A DNA stretch of 64,000 nucleotides from Bacteroidales bacterium (lineage in GTDB: Bacteria > Bacteroidota > Bacteroidia > Bacteroidales > JAGONC01). The position numbers were made by a program, and so were the translations under genes. The stretch is taken from contig JAQUQD010000006.1 of assembly GCA_028716265.1 (NCBI GenBank), positions 3,176 to 67,175 of the forward strand, in the 5' to 3' direction. The notes beneath the pieces were generated by a model. The model worked only from the letters and a program-made list of their open reading frames with translations, was not told where the DNA came from and did no database searches. Positions 53,735 to 62,814 of the stretch are shown in pieces (the first letter of the stretch is position 1; the number at the start of each line of letters is the position of its first letter).

Positions 53735-54334
53735 TTATACTGCTGTTTCAATCACTCTAAAATCAATCAAGGCCTTCACAATATCCAGGATTTCAGACGT
53801 ATGCCCCCGGTCGATATCTGCTTTTTTCATGATATCTTCAACGCTTTCAAAGTCGGCGGTCGGAAAAGGTAGGTGGAAAAGGAATCTTCCCTGGGGGATC
53901 GAAAGGCTGAGCCTGCGCTCTGTGCGTTCTCTCCCCTTTCCCATCCAGATGGCTACGCCACTGATATACTGATTGTTGCGAGCGGTGGTGAACCGAGCTC
54001 CCGCGTTCTTCCGCTCACGGATCCTCAATTGTCTTTGGTTGTCCGGTGCGGATTGCGGAAATAGAGATGCCAGATCGAGATTCAGTGTTATTTCTTTCAC
54101 AATGAGTTTATACCTGAAATAAGGTCGTTTGCCTTCATATACTTCTTCCTTCTCAAGAATTCCAAGTTCCTGCATCGCTTCCAGAAAATCCTGCACCGTC
54201 TTGATATGCAGGTTCAACCGTGATGCGGCTTCTGAAGCTGATATCGTTGTATAGGCTGTGAGTAGCCCGAACAGGTCTTCGGCATAATCCTTCGAGAGAT
54301 ACGAACCCAGTATGGCGGCTTTCTTAAAATCCAT
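53735..54334 (-). CDS. Winged-helix (ArsR/MarR-like) DNA-binding protein with an uncharacterised C-terminal domain
   Basis: 199-aa ORF. ISASEAASRLNLHIKTVQDFLEAMQELGILEKEE looks like an HTH plus wing. Confidence 0.6.
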   Translation of the reverse strand: MDFKKAAILGSYLSKDYAEDLFGLLTAYTTISASEAASRLNLHIKTVQDFLEAMQELGILEKEEVYEGKRPYFRYKLIVKEITLNLDLASLFPQSAPDNQRQLRIRERKNAGARFTTARNNQYISGVAIWMGKGRERTERRLSLSIPQGRFLFHLPFPTADFESVEDIMKKADIDRGHTSEILDIVKALIDFRVIETAV

Positions 54335-54362
54335 TCCTGTAATTTGTTTGTGAATTCATCCA

Positions 54363-55184
54363 TTACGAAAAAATACCCACCCCGGTTGAATCCAGCCTGT
54401 TAATGATCCTTACTCCTTCATTCTTCAGGAATATTTCCAGAAATTCCTTGAATAAATTTCCCAAGGATTCACAAAGCTGGTCAAACGATAGCTGATCTTT
54501 ATACTCAAGATAATCTCTTTTTGAAATTTGAACCGTCACTTCTCCATTATAATCAATAGCCACCCAGGACCGATCCCTGTAATCCGGTCTGAATCTGTAA
54601 AGCAATGAGAATTCTCTGCCCATCTTGACCGGAACCAGTACCACCCTGTCCATTTCGATAAAAGGCAAAGCGATATGGTTTCTCCTCAGAAAACCGGCAT
54701 AAGCCAGCAGATCCTCTTTTAAAAAGTTAATTTTTCCGGCCGGACGGGGACGTTGAGTGAAGCCGTCGGAAGTCTCATTGACCGACGCAGCGGCCAATTC
54801 AAACAACTCACGTCCCTTCCATTTAGTCTTTCTCGTAAATAACAGGTAAATCAGCCATAGTAATAAAAAGATAGTTGTGAAGACCAGAAATTTGGATAAC
54901 AGACTGAAATCCTTTTCGTTAAATCCATGTTCGGACACAGGGACCGAAAACAGAAAAAGAGAAAACGACAGGATATAGGTAGCGCTGAGGAAGTAAGCCA
55001 GGCTTCTGACCTTTGAAAAAGCATAATACTGGAAGAGAGAATATATAAAGATGACACCTGCCAGTACCTTATAACCTATAGGAACGCCAAGGAAAATACT
55101 TGCCAGTACGATGGCGGCGATTGCTACGATGGCCGGAAGTAATCCGGTGATCGACTTATCAGGTTTTAATTTATTGGTTTTCAT
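54363..55184 (-). CDS. Polytopic membrane protein with a cytoplasmic C-terminal domain (paralog A)
   Basis: 273-aa ORF with 4-5 TM segments. It shares blocks with 56741..57550 (DGFTQRPRPAGKINFLKEDLLAYAGFL vs NGFTGRPFPAGRIQASKEELLGFARCL). Confidence 0.7.
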   Translation of the reverse strand: MKTNKLKPDKSITGLLPAIVAIAAIVLASIFLGVPIGYKVLAGVIFIYSLFQYYAFSKVRSLAYFLSATYILSFSLFLFSVPVSEHGFNEKDFSLLSKFLVFTTIFLLLWLIYLLFTRKTKWKGRELFELAAASVNETSDGFTQRPRPAGKINFLKEDLLAYAGFLRRNHIALPFIEMDRVVLVPVKMGREFSLLYRFRPDYRDRSWVAIDYNGEVTVQISKRDYLEYKDQLSFDQLCESLGNLFKEFLEIFLKNEGVRIINRLDSTGVGIFS

Positions 55185-56712
55185 TGTCTTCGTTTATTTT
55201 AATAATTCCCTTTCCAATTTGATAACTGATGATACTCATTGTGTTGGGTTGAAAAGTTGCTTTTTCGCCCAAGCGGATATGGCCGGCATCAATATAGTCA
55301 TATTCGAACATGGTGGCATCCACCGGGATCCATCCTGCTTCGCCCATATAGATCTCTGTCCACGCATGCTGACCAAAGCTTCCTCCATAATGAGTGGTGT
55401 ATAAACAACCGATAACCATCCGGGCGGGTATTCCAACTGCACGGCAAAAAGCAGTCAGCAATCGTGAATGACCCCCACATTCCGCTTCACGCATTTTATA
55501 GGTATTGATGGCACTTCCTCCTCCCGGGATGGCTCCTTTAATATTGTGGGCCACCCATTTGCTGAGGCGGACCGCCGCTTCCCATGAATCGGCAGAGCCC
55601 TTCGTAATGGAACGAGCCCGTGCAATGATGGCCGGATCATCCGACTCGATCTGCAATTCAGGCTTCAGGTACTTTCGAATCTCCTCGTTGCTGTTATAAT
55701 CCGGAGGGAATGGTGGTGCGTTGGCCCCATCATACCTCAGAGGCTGCATTTCAAAGACTCCGTCTATAAAATTCTCCGACACCTCACCCATAAAGTACTG
55801 TCCGGGCCGGTTCAAACTCGTTGAGGTCACCTCCTCTCCTACGGTCTGGATACTAGCGCTGACCTTCAGATAGGTCATATGCTGAAAATCCGGTATCATT
55901 TTATTGACTCGTGCAAAGATGACATTGTCGAAATCCACAATCCGTATCTTGTTCATGACAGAGCGGTCTGTCAGATAGATGTGGCGTCCTGCAACGAGTA
56001 TTTTGATCTCAAAGCCATCCTCCTTGTTCAGCCAAAGCTTCGATTTAGTCATAGAGGAAAGATCAGTCTCCTCAACGACCAGGGCATGATATACAGAATC
56101 GTTGATGATAAGTTCCTCTTCCCCAATGGTTTTGAATACCTTTTCGACGATCTCTCCGGGAAGAGGCTCATAGACCCGGTATTTCATTTCTTTGGCACCA
56201 CCCCGGATCATATCCCTGTAGAGGTAAGGGTACCTGAGCGGAATATCAAGGATGACATCCGGTGTAAGCGCAATCTTTCTGGGATCAGACACTCCATTCC
56301 CTTTGAACAGGATCGTATCACCTTGTACGATGCTTGTTGCCTGGATGGTCGCATTTCCGGTGGTGATCCTTGTCTCATTGAACAACAGACGCTCATTCAG
56401 CGGATCAACCTCTTCCCGGATCTGGAAGTTCATGTCCACGCCAGCACCCAGAACCGATAGTTTCAGGTTCACATCAGATCTTACCTCCAGGACCGGTTTA
56501 CCTTCCTTTTTTACAGGGCAGACTCTTTCCACAGAATACCCGCACAGGACGCCATCGATCTCAGCACCAAAATAGTACTCACTCCCACCTTCACAGGAGG
56601 ATCCCTCCTGACGTGGCGAGCAAGCCGGCGACAGCCAGATGTAGATCATGCCCAGGATCCAGGCATTGATCCAGACCATGCGCCATTTGATTGCAGATTT
56701 TGTACTGTTCAT
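55171..56712 (-). CDS. Transglutaminase-like cysteine-protease-fold protein, exported (probable lipoprotein)
   Basis: 513-aa ORF with signal ...IWLSPAC. It has a Cys-His-Asp core: ECGGHSRLLTAFCRAVGIPARMV, HAWTEIY, WIPVDAT. Confidence 0.85.
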   Translation of the reverse strand: MNSTKSAIKWRMVWINAWILGMIYIWLSPACSPRQEGSSCEGGSEYYFGAEIDGVLCGYSVERVCPVKKEGKPVLEVRSDVNLKLSVLGAGVDMNFQIREEVDPLNERLLFNETRITTGNATIQATSIVQGDTILFKGNGVSDPRKIALTPDVILDIPLRYPYLYRDMIRGGAKEMKYRVYEPLPGEIVEKVFKTIGEEELIINDSVYHALVVEETDLSSMTKSKLWLNKEDGFEIKILVAGRHIYLTDRSVMNKIRIVDFDNVIFARVNKMIPDFQHMTYLKVSASIQTVGEEVTSTSLNRPGQYFMGEVSENFIDGVFEMQPLRYDGANAPPFPPDYNSNEEIRKYLKPELQIESDDPAIIARARSITKGSADSWEAAVRLSKWVAHNIKGAIPGGGSAINTYKMREAECGGHSRLLTAFCRAVGIPARMVIGCLYTTHYGGSFGQHAWTEIYMGEAGWIPVDATMFEYDYIDAGHIRLGEKATFQPNTMSIISYQIGKGIIKINEDNENQ

Positions 56713-56740
56713 AAAAGATGATTTTTAGAGCTGAATTTCA

Positions 56741-57550
56741 TCATACCGATTTTAACTCCGTGATTATCCGGTCTTCCTGCCCCTTTTGATAATAATTGAA
56801 AAACCGGATGAATACACTTCCCAGCGAAGCGCATAACCTGTCATAATTAAAAGTCCGCTTGTATTGTTGATAGTCAGCCATCGTTAGTATGACCATCACT
56901 TTCCCTTCCGGACTGATGGTGATATGACTGAAATCCCCGGGCTGATCTCCCACCAGCAGGCTTTTATTCAGGGAGAAAGCAAGGGAGAGTGTATCATCGA
57001 TGTAAAAGAACCGTGTAACATGTTTACCATTTAAACAGCGTGCAAAACCAAGCAATTCTTCCTTTGAGGCCTGAATGCGTCCCGCCGGAAACGGTCTCCC
57101 GGTGAAACCGTTCGATGATTCTTCGATGGTATCAACTGCAAGTTTCAGCAGGCGACGTGCATTGGACTCATACCGTTCATGCCCGCTCAGCACACTCCAT
57201 CGAATGATAAGGAAAAAGCCCAGCATTACCGCATTCAACAACCAGAGCAATTTGAAGGCAGGTCCTGGATACAGATGGCCTGGGATCGTCAGCAGGGAAC
57301 CGATACCCATAAAAAATCCCAGGACCATATAATCCCAGAGTTCGTACCTGAAATATTGAAAGACTCCCATGACGATAAAGAAAAGCCCGGCGACGATGAC
57401 CATATAATATGGGTAATGGGTGATATCGGGGTGCGCTTTGTACAATCCAAACCTGATGGCAATCTCAACAGCCAATAACAAATAAATGATCATCAGTGCC
57501 AGGGGATAGACCCTGCCTATCGGACCCTTCAATTTTGATCTTGTTTTCAT
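56741..57550 (-). CDS. Polytopic membrane protein with a cytoplasmic C-terminal domain (paralog B)
   Basis: 269-aa ORF with the same architecture as 54363..55184 (ADYQQYKRTFNYDRLCASLGSVFIRF vs RDYLEYKDQLSFDQLCESLGNLFKEF). Confidence 0.7.
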   Translation of the reverse strand: MKTRSKLKGPIGRVYPLALMIIYLLLAVEIAIRFGLYKAHPDITHYPYYMVIVAGLFFIVMGVFQYFRYELWDYMVLGFFMGIGSLLTIPGHLYPGPAFKLLWLLNAVMLGFFLIIRWSVLSGHERYESNARRLLKLAVDTIEESSNGFTGRPFPAGRIQASKEELLGFARCLNGKHVTRFFYIDDTLSLAFSLNKSLLVGDQPGDFSHITISPEGKVMVILTMADYQQYKRTFNYDRLCASLGSVFIRFFNYYQKGQEDRIITELKSV

Positions 57551-57685
57551 TATTTCAATATTTTATATACTTCATTATTTTTAAACTTTACAAAAGTAGA
57601 ACATTTAAAAGCGAAAAGCAAGTGTTTATGAAAATAAATTTCTTATATTCGTACAATCGTTTATACCTCAATAAAACCAACCATT

Positions 57686-57898
57686 ATGAAAACAAACATG
57701 GGATGGGCCGACAGGATCATCAGGATTGTGATCGCGGCCGTTTTTGCCATTCTTTTTTTCACTAAAGTAGTAACAGGCGGCTGGGGAATCGTCTTTCTGA
57801 TCATCGCCATCATTTTTCTGGTGACAGGGATCATCGGTAATTGTCCGCTCTACAGCGTGTTAAAGTGCAACACGTTGTTCAGCAAAAAGAAAGAGTAA
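57686..57898 (+). CDS. DUF2892 (YgaP-like) small membrane protein
   Basis: 70-aa ORF: MGWADRIIRIVIAAVF...GIIGNCPLYSVLKCNT. Confidence 0.75.
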   Translation: MKTNMGWADRIIRIVIAAVFAILFFTKVVTGGWGIVFLIIAIIFLVTGIIGNCPLYSVLKCNTLFSKKKE

Positions 57899-57926
57899 GA
57901 TGGCGTATGAACCGCTGAAGTTTGCC

Positions 57927-58517
57927 ATGAAAAAGAATATCATCTTTATACTTTGTATGTTCCTTTTTGTGAGTGATGATTACAGCTTTGTTTGACAATG
58001 ATCTCCTTGCCTCTGCCGTGTATGGGCCGACCAATGTCAGAATGAATGAAACGACTTACTGGGATATCAGGATAACCAATACCGGACTAAATCCGCAGTC
58101 AGGATACGATGTTAAACTCTTCAGTTATAAATCAGGCGGGGAGCTGGGATCGGTTCATATCAGCGATATCCTTAATCCTGGCCAAACGGGCCTTTACGAA
58201 ATTCTCTGGGCCCCTTCAGAGGTCCAGAATACATGTCTATATGGCGTTGTGGTAACACAGAACGACGATTATCTTGTCAATAACTCTGCTCCTTCTCATT
58301 TTTTACGGATCGAAGAGGTCATGTCCAGCTGGAAATCCTGGACCTGAATGGAAGATTGGTCAGACAACTCTGTTCAACTATACAAGAACCCGGAAATCAT
58401 TCCATCTACTGGGATGGATTGAATGACAATCATATCCCTGTAAAAAAAGGTTGCTACATTTACACCCTGACCGTAAATAATCATTCCGAAACCGGTAAAA
58501 TGATTCTCATCGAATGA
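57927..58517 (+). pseudogene. Small CARDB-like T9SS cargo gene split over two frames (two frameshifts)
   Basis: The signal peptide MKKNIIFILCMFLFV and the T9SS tail VQLEILDLNGRLVRQL...GCYIYTLTVNNHSETGKMILIE are in one frame (ATG 57927; stop 58515-58517). The CARDB-like middle (57973..58347) is in another frame. The second shift coincides with a T6 run at 58299-58304. Confidence 0.65.
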
Positions 58518-58577
58518 AACCATCATTACTTTCCTTACCTTTGCTATGCAAAAATGGCCTAGCCATTTCAATGTTGT

Positions 58578-58672
58578 AGAGAGGTCGGGACTGGTGTTCC
58601 AGTTGGTCTTCAAAACCAATGACAGGCGGATAAAACCGGCTGTGGCAGGTTCGATCCCTGCCCTCTCTGCCA
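58578..58672 (+). tRNA. selC: tRNA-Sec (anticodon UCA)
   Basis: 95 nt. Hand fold: acceptor AGAGAGG/CCTCTCT, D arm GGGAC-tggt-GTTCC, anticodon arm GTTGGT-cTTCAaa-ACCAAT. It has a long variable arm ACAGGCGG-ataaaa-CCGGCTGT, a T arm GCAGG-ttcgatc-CCTGC and an encoded GCCA. It lies directly upstream of selA. Confidence 0.8.
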
Positions 58673-58703
58673 GTCAGCACCACTATTCATAAAGCTTTAC
58701 AGG

Positions 58704-60119
58704 ATGGACAGGAACACGGGAACATACAAAGACCTCCCGGGCGTGGATACATTATTGGGTACCGATGAGGTGAAGGCCCTGCTGGCAGCCTATCCCCGTG
58801 AGCTTGTGCTGTTCTCGGTTCAGTCATCATTGGAGAGTTACCGGAGCAGGATCAGTGAGGGAGAAACTGCTCCCGGCCTGGCGGCCATCCTGCAGGAGGT
58901 CCGCAGCAACATCAGGGAACTGACCAGTCACAGCCTCCGGAAGGTGATCAACGCCACGGGTGTCATCATTCATACAAACATTGGCAGATCACCACTTGGA
59001 GATGCGATCCTGGATGAGGTCAGGGATGTACTGACCGGTTATTCCAACCTGGAATTCGATCTGGTGAAGGCAAAAAGAGGTACGCGTTATTCGCACCTTA
59101 CGGGATTGCTGCGTTACCTTACTGGGGCCGAGGATATCCTGGTAGTCAACAACAATGCAGCCGCCGTGTTACTGATCCTGCACACGCTGGCTTGGAAAAA
59201 AGAAGTGATCATCTCCCGGGGTGAGCTGATCGAAATTGGCGGGTCGTTTCGTATGCCGGATATCATGAAAACATCCGACTGCCGCATGATCGAGGTCGGT
59301 ACTACGAACAAGACCCGCCTGGAGGATTATGAAAGGGCGATCACACCCAGGACTGCCCTGTTGATGAAGGCACACCGGTCGAATTATGTGATCAAAGGAT
59401 TCACTCACCAGCCATCGTTAAAAGAGCTGGCAGGGCTGGCCAACAGGCGTTCCCTGCCCCTTGTATACGATATGGGTTCCGGTTTGTTGCGTAAATCAGG
59501 CGTTGAGATCCTTAAGGACGAACCAGACGTACAGCAGACCCTGGCTGAGGGAGCCGACCTGGTCAGTTTCAGCGGCGACAAGTTGCTGGGAGGTCCACAG
59601 GCGGGCATTATTGCCGGAAAAAGGGAACTGGTGGCTCGGCTAAAGAAAGATCCGCTGACCAGAGCGCTGCGGGTTGGGAAGACCACACTGGCCCTCCTCG
59701 AGGCCACCTGTCTTCAGTACCTTGATGAAGGTCGCCTGCTTTCATCCAACCCGGTTTTTTCGATGCTTCACCTGACCCCCGAGGAGATCCGAAAAAAAGC
59801 CATGACTCTGCAAGAAGAACTGACAGGATATAACATCACATCAGACATTCTTCCTAATACAGCGCAAACAGGGGGAGGCTCGCTCCCTGAAGCAGAAATA
59901 CCAAGCTTTGCGGTACAGATCACAGGCTCTTTCAGGACCAACAGGGAACGCGCCGCCTTTGCCGAAAAACTCTACCGCGACCTGCTTATCCAGGATCTAC
60001 CCGTGCTGGGCATCCTTCGCAAAGGACAGGTTCTTTTTGATATGCTGGCCGTACCTGACAAGGAGATCCCCCTTGTTGCACAGATCATCCATCAGGCATT
60101 TCATACCGATCCGTTATGA
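58704..60119 (+). CDS. selA: L-seryl-tRNA(Sec) selenium transferase
   Basis: 471-aa ORF with INATGVIIHTNIGRS and the PLP-lysine context FSGDKLLGGPQAG. Confidence 0.9.
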   Translation: MDRNTGTYKDLPGVDTLLGTDEVKALLAAYPRELVLFSVQSSLESYRSRISEGETAPGLAAILQEVRSNIRELTSHSLRKVINATGVIIHTNIGRSPLGDAILDEVRDVLTGYSNLEFDLVKAKRGTRYSHLTGLLRYLTGAEDILVVNNNAAAVLLILHTLAWKKEVIISRGELIEIGGSFRMPDIMKTSDCRMIEVGTTNKTRLEDYERAITPRTALLMKAHRSNYVIKGFTHQPSLKELAGLANRRSLPLVYDMGSGLLRKSGVEILKDEPDVQQTLAEGADLVSFSGDKLLGGPQAGIIAGKRELVARLKKDPLTRALRVGKTTLALLEATCLQYLDEGRLLSSNPVFSMLHLTPEEIRKKAMTLQEELTGYNITSDILPNTAQTGGGSLPEAEIPSFAVQITGSFRTNRERAAFAEKLYRDLLIQDLPVLGILRKGQVLFDMLAVPDKEIPLVAQIIHQAFHTDPL

Positions 60120-62128
60120 GCCGTCACCTGATCCTTGGGACTGCCGGCCATGTGGACCATGGCAAAACAGCGCTTATCAGAGCGCTGACGGGAATCGACT
60201 GCGATACCCACAAAGAAGAAAAAGAGCGGGGCATCACCATCAACCTGGGCTTTGCTCACCTCGATCTACCATCAGGGGAAAGCATCGGTATCGTGGATAT
60301 GCCCGGTCACAAGGACTTTATTCGGACTATGGTAGCCGGTGCCTACGGCATTGACCTCGTGATGCTGGTCATTGCGGCCGATAGCGGTGTCATGCCCCAG
60401 ACCGTCGAACACTTCAACATCATCCAAATGCTGGGCATTCACCATGGAATCGTGGCCCTGACCAAGAGTGACCTGGTGGATGAGGAAACCCTAGGGATGG
60501 CAAAACTGGAGGTAATGGAGTTTCTGGAGGGGACACCTTTTCAGAATACACCCATTATCCCGGTCTCCTCCGTAACGGGATCCGGCCTGGACATGCTGAG
60601 GAACCAAATCGAGGCCCTTCTCCCATGGATAACGGATAAGGATACAGGTCATGTTTTCAGGATGTACATCGACCGGCTGTTCAACCTGAAAGGGCAGGGA
60701 TACGTGGTCACCGGGACTGTAATGAATGGCTCCGCTACAACGGGTCAGGAACTTTATCTTCTGCCAGGTTTTGGTAAGAAATTGAAGATAAGGCAGATAC
60801 AGCGGCATGGGAAAACCGTGGACTCAGCGTACGCCGGCGATCGGGCGGCAATGAACCTTACGGGGATCACCCTGGAGGATTTTGAACGCGGAGTGGTCCT
60901 TTCCGGTCAGCGACTGCCATCTACACAGATGACCGACGCCTCGCTGGTGCTTTTCGGTGAGTCAGAAAAGATCAGTAAGTGGTCACAGGTGATCTTTCTA
61001 ACCGGAACACTGAGATGCAATGCCCGCATCCACCTGCTGGACACGGACCAGGTAGGACCCGGAGAATCAGCACTGGTTCAGATCCATCTTGAGAAACCAG
61101 CCATCCTGATGTATGGGGATCATTATGTCATACGCAATTCCTCTGATGACGCCACGATAGGGGGAGGAATGATACTGGATATCAGTCCTTTGCACCACAG
61201 GAAGAGGACAACCAAGCTGGTTGAATACCTGAAGGATTTAGGAGAAGCCGGAGGCGGAAGGCTGGATGCAGGAGGTGGGAAGCAGGAGGCGGGAGGCAGT
61301 AGGCAGCAGGGATTGGGATGGTTGAAAATTGAAATGAGGAAGGAGTCGGGGCCGGTTTTCCCGGAAACGATTGCGACCAGGCTTAATTTGTCACCCGATG
61401 ATGTCCTGAACCACCTCAACGAGGTACTGAGTTCTGAAGTCCGTCAATATAATCCCGGAGGGAATTCGATTTTGATCATGAACTCGCTGGATGAGAGCAT
61501 CCGGCAGAAGGTACTGTCTGTGCTTCGACAATGGCATGAAGCCAATCCATTGCTGGAATCCGGACTGGATACTAAAGGTCTGGCTGGCAAGCTGAGCTTC
61601 CAATCCACGGTGCAGAAACATTACCTGGAAGCACTACTGGATTCCATGCAGAAAGAAGGGAGCATCCGGAAAAGCGGCAGTGCCTGGCTGCTGGGCGATT
61701 TTCAGGTGACGATAGATAAAAAAATGCAGGAATCCCTTGACTGGCTTGATAAGACCACTGAACAGTTTGGCGTTCAGAGATCAGTCGCAACGGAGATAGA
61801 ACAGCTGGTTACGGCAGCCCAGGCCAGGGGCATCAGCAAGCAGCGGCTGACAATGATGCTCATGTACCTGGCACGAGAAGGAGTGCTTCATTTTTATGAC
61901 AACGACTACATCCACCGCTCGGTGGCAGATCATTGCCGCAACCTCTTGCTGGCTGATCTGAAACACAAGGAAGCCGGCATCAATGAAAAGGAGTTCCGCC
62001 TGCTGATCGATGGCACAAAAAGGATCGTCCAGGTGCTCATCGGGATATTCACAGAAGAAGGCTCGATAACGAAACAATCTTTCTACCTAAGGATCACGGA
62101 GAAAGGGAAAAGATTTTTAAAACCTTAG
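60116..62128 (+). CDS. selB: Selenocysteine-specific translation elongation factor
   Basis: 670-aa ORF overlapping selA by 4 nt. G1 is [12 protein letters not shown]3 is DMPGH and G4 is TKSD. It has C-terminal winged-helix repeats and an unusual low-complexity insert at 61243-61345. Confidence 0.9.
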   Translation: MSRHLILGTAGHVDHGKTALIRALTGIDCDTHKEEKERGITINLGFAHLDLPSGESIGIVDMPGHKDFIRTMVAGAYGIDLVMLVIAADSGVMPQTVEHFNIIQMLGIHHGIVALTKSDLVDEETLGMAKLEVMEFLEGTPFQNTPIIPVSSVTGSGLDMLRNQIEALLPWITDKDTGHVFRMYIDRLFNLKGQGYVVTGTVMNGSATTGQELYLLPGFGKKLKIRQIQRHGKTVDSAYAGDRAAMNLTGITLEDFERGVVLSGQRLPSTQMTDASLVLFGESEKISKWSQVIFLTGTLRCNARIHLLDTDQVGPGESALVQIHLEKPAILMYGDHYVIRNSSDDATIGGGMILDISPLHHRKRTTKLVEYLKDLGEAGGGRLDAGGGKQEAGGSRQQGLGWLKIEMRKESGPVFPETIATRLNLSPDDVLNHLNEVLSSEVRQYNPGGNSILIMNSLDESIRQKVLSVLRQWHEANPLLESGLDTKGLAGKLSFQSTVQKHYLEALLDSMQKEGSIRKSGSAWLLGDFQVTIDKKMQESLDWLDKTTEQFGVQRSVATEIEQLVTAAQARGISKQRLTMMLMYLAREGVLHFYDNDYIHRSVADHCRNLLLADLKHKEAGINEKEFRLLIDGTKRIVQVLIGIFTEEGSITKQSFYLRITEKGKRFLKP

Positions 62129-62814
62129 TCATCTCCCATGAACCTGTATCCAATGACCGGTTCGGTGACGATAATGACCGGATGATTGGGATTGTCTTCG
62201 ATCTTTTTACGCAGCTGGGCGATAAAAACCCGAAGATATTGTGACTGTTCAACATAACCCGGTCCCCAGATCTTCATCAGGATGAACTGGTGGGTGAGAA
62301 CCCTGTTTTCATTTTTGGCCAGAAGTGCCAAAAGGGAATATTCAGTGGATGTTAACCTGATAAGGGTGTCCCCTTTTCTTACTATCCGGTTCACAAGATC
62401 AATGGAAAGATCATGACTTTGAATGACCGACTTAGTCTCTGATCTATTATAATTCCGGAGCACTGTCCGGATCCTGGCCAGTAATTCTCCGGTACGGAAG
62501 GGTTTGACCAGGTAGTCATTGGCACCATTATCCAATGCCCTGATGATCTCATCCTCGCTATCACGGACCGATAGAATAATGATCGGAGAAATATACCATT
62601 CCCTCAGTTTGACAAGGATGTTCTGACCATCCTCATCAGGCAGACCCAGGTCCAGAAGGATAAGGTCAGGTGGATGCATGGCAGCCTGCATCATGCCATC
62701 CCGGCCAGTACTCGCCTCGCTGACCCGATAATCTGCTGAACGTAATGTTATCTCCAGTAACCTGATGATCTGCGCTTCATCATCTATCACCAGTATGGTC
62801 GGTTGTTCATTCAT
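62125..62814 (-). CDS. kdpE: OmpR-family response regulator, KdpE-like
   Basis: 229-aa ORF. The receiver is ILVIDDE...DLILLDLGLPDEDG. The winged-helix output domain reads LTSTEYSLLALLAKN...GYRF. Confidence 0.85.
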   Translation of the reverse strand: MNEQPTILVIDDEAQIIRLLEITLRSADYRVSEASTGRDGMMQAAMHPPDLILLDLGLPDEDGQNILVKLREWYISPIIILSVRDSEDEIIRALDNGANDYLVKPFRTGELLARIRTVLRNYNRSETKSVIQSHDLSIDLVNRIVRKGDTLIRLTSTEYSLLALLAKNENRVLTHQFILMKIWGPGYVEQSQYLRVFIAQLRKKIEDNPNHPVIIVTEPVIGYRFMGDD

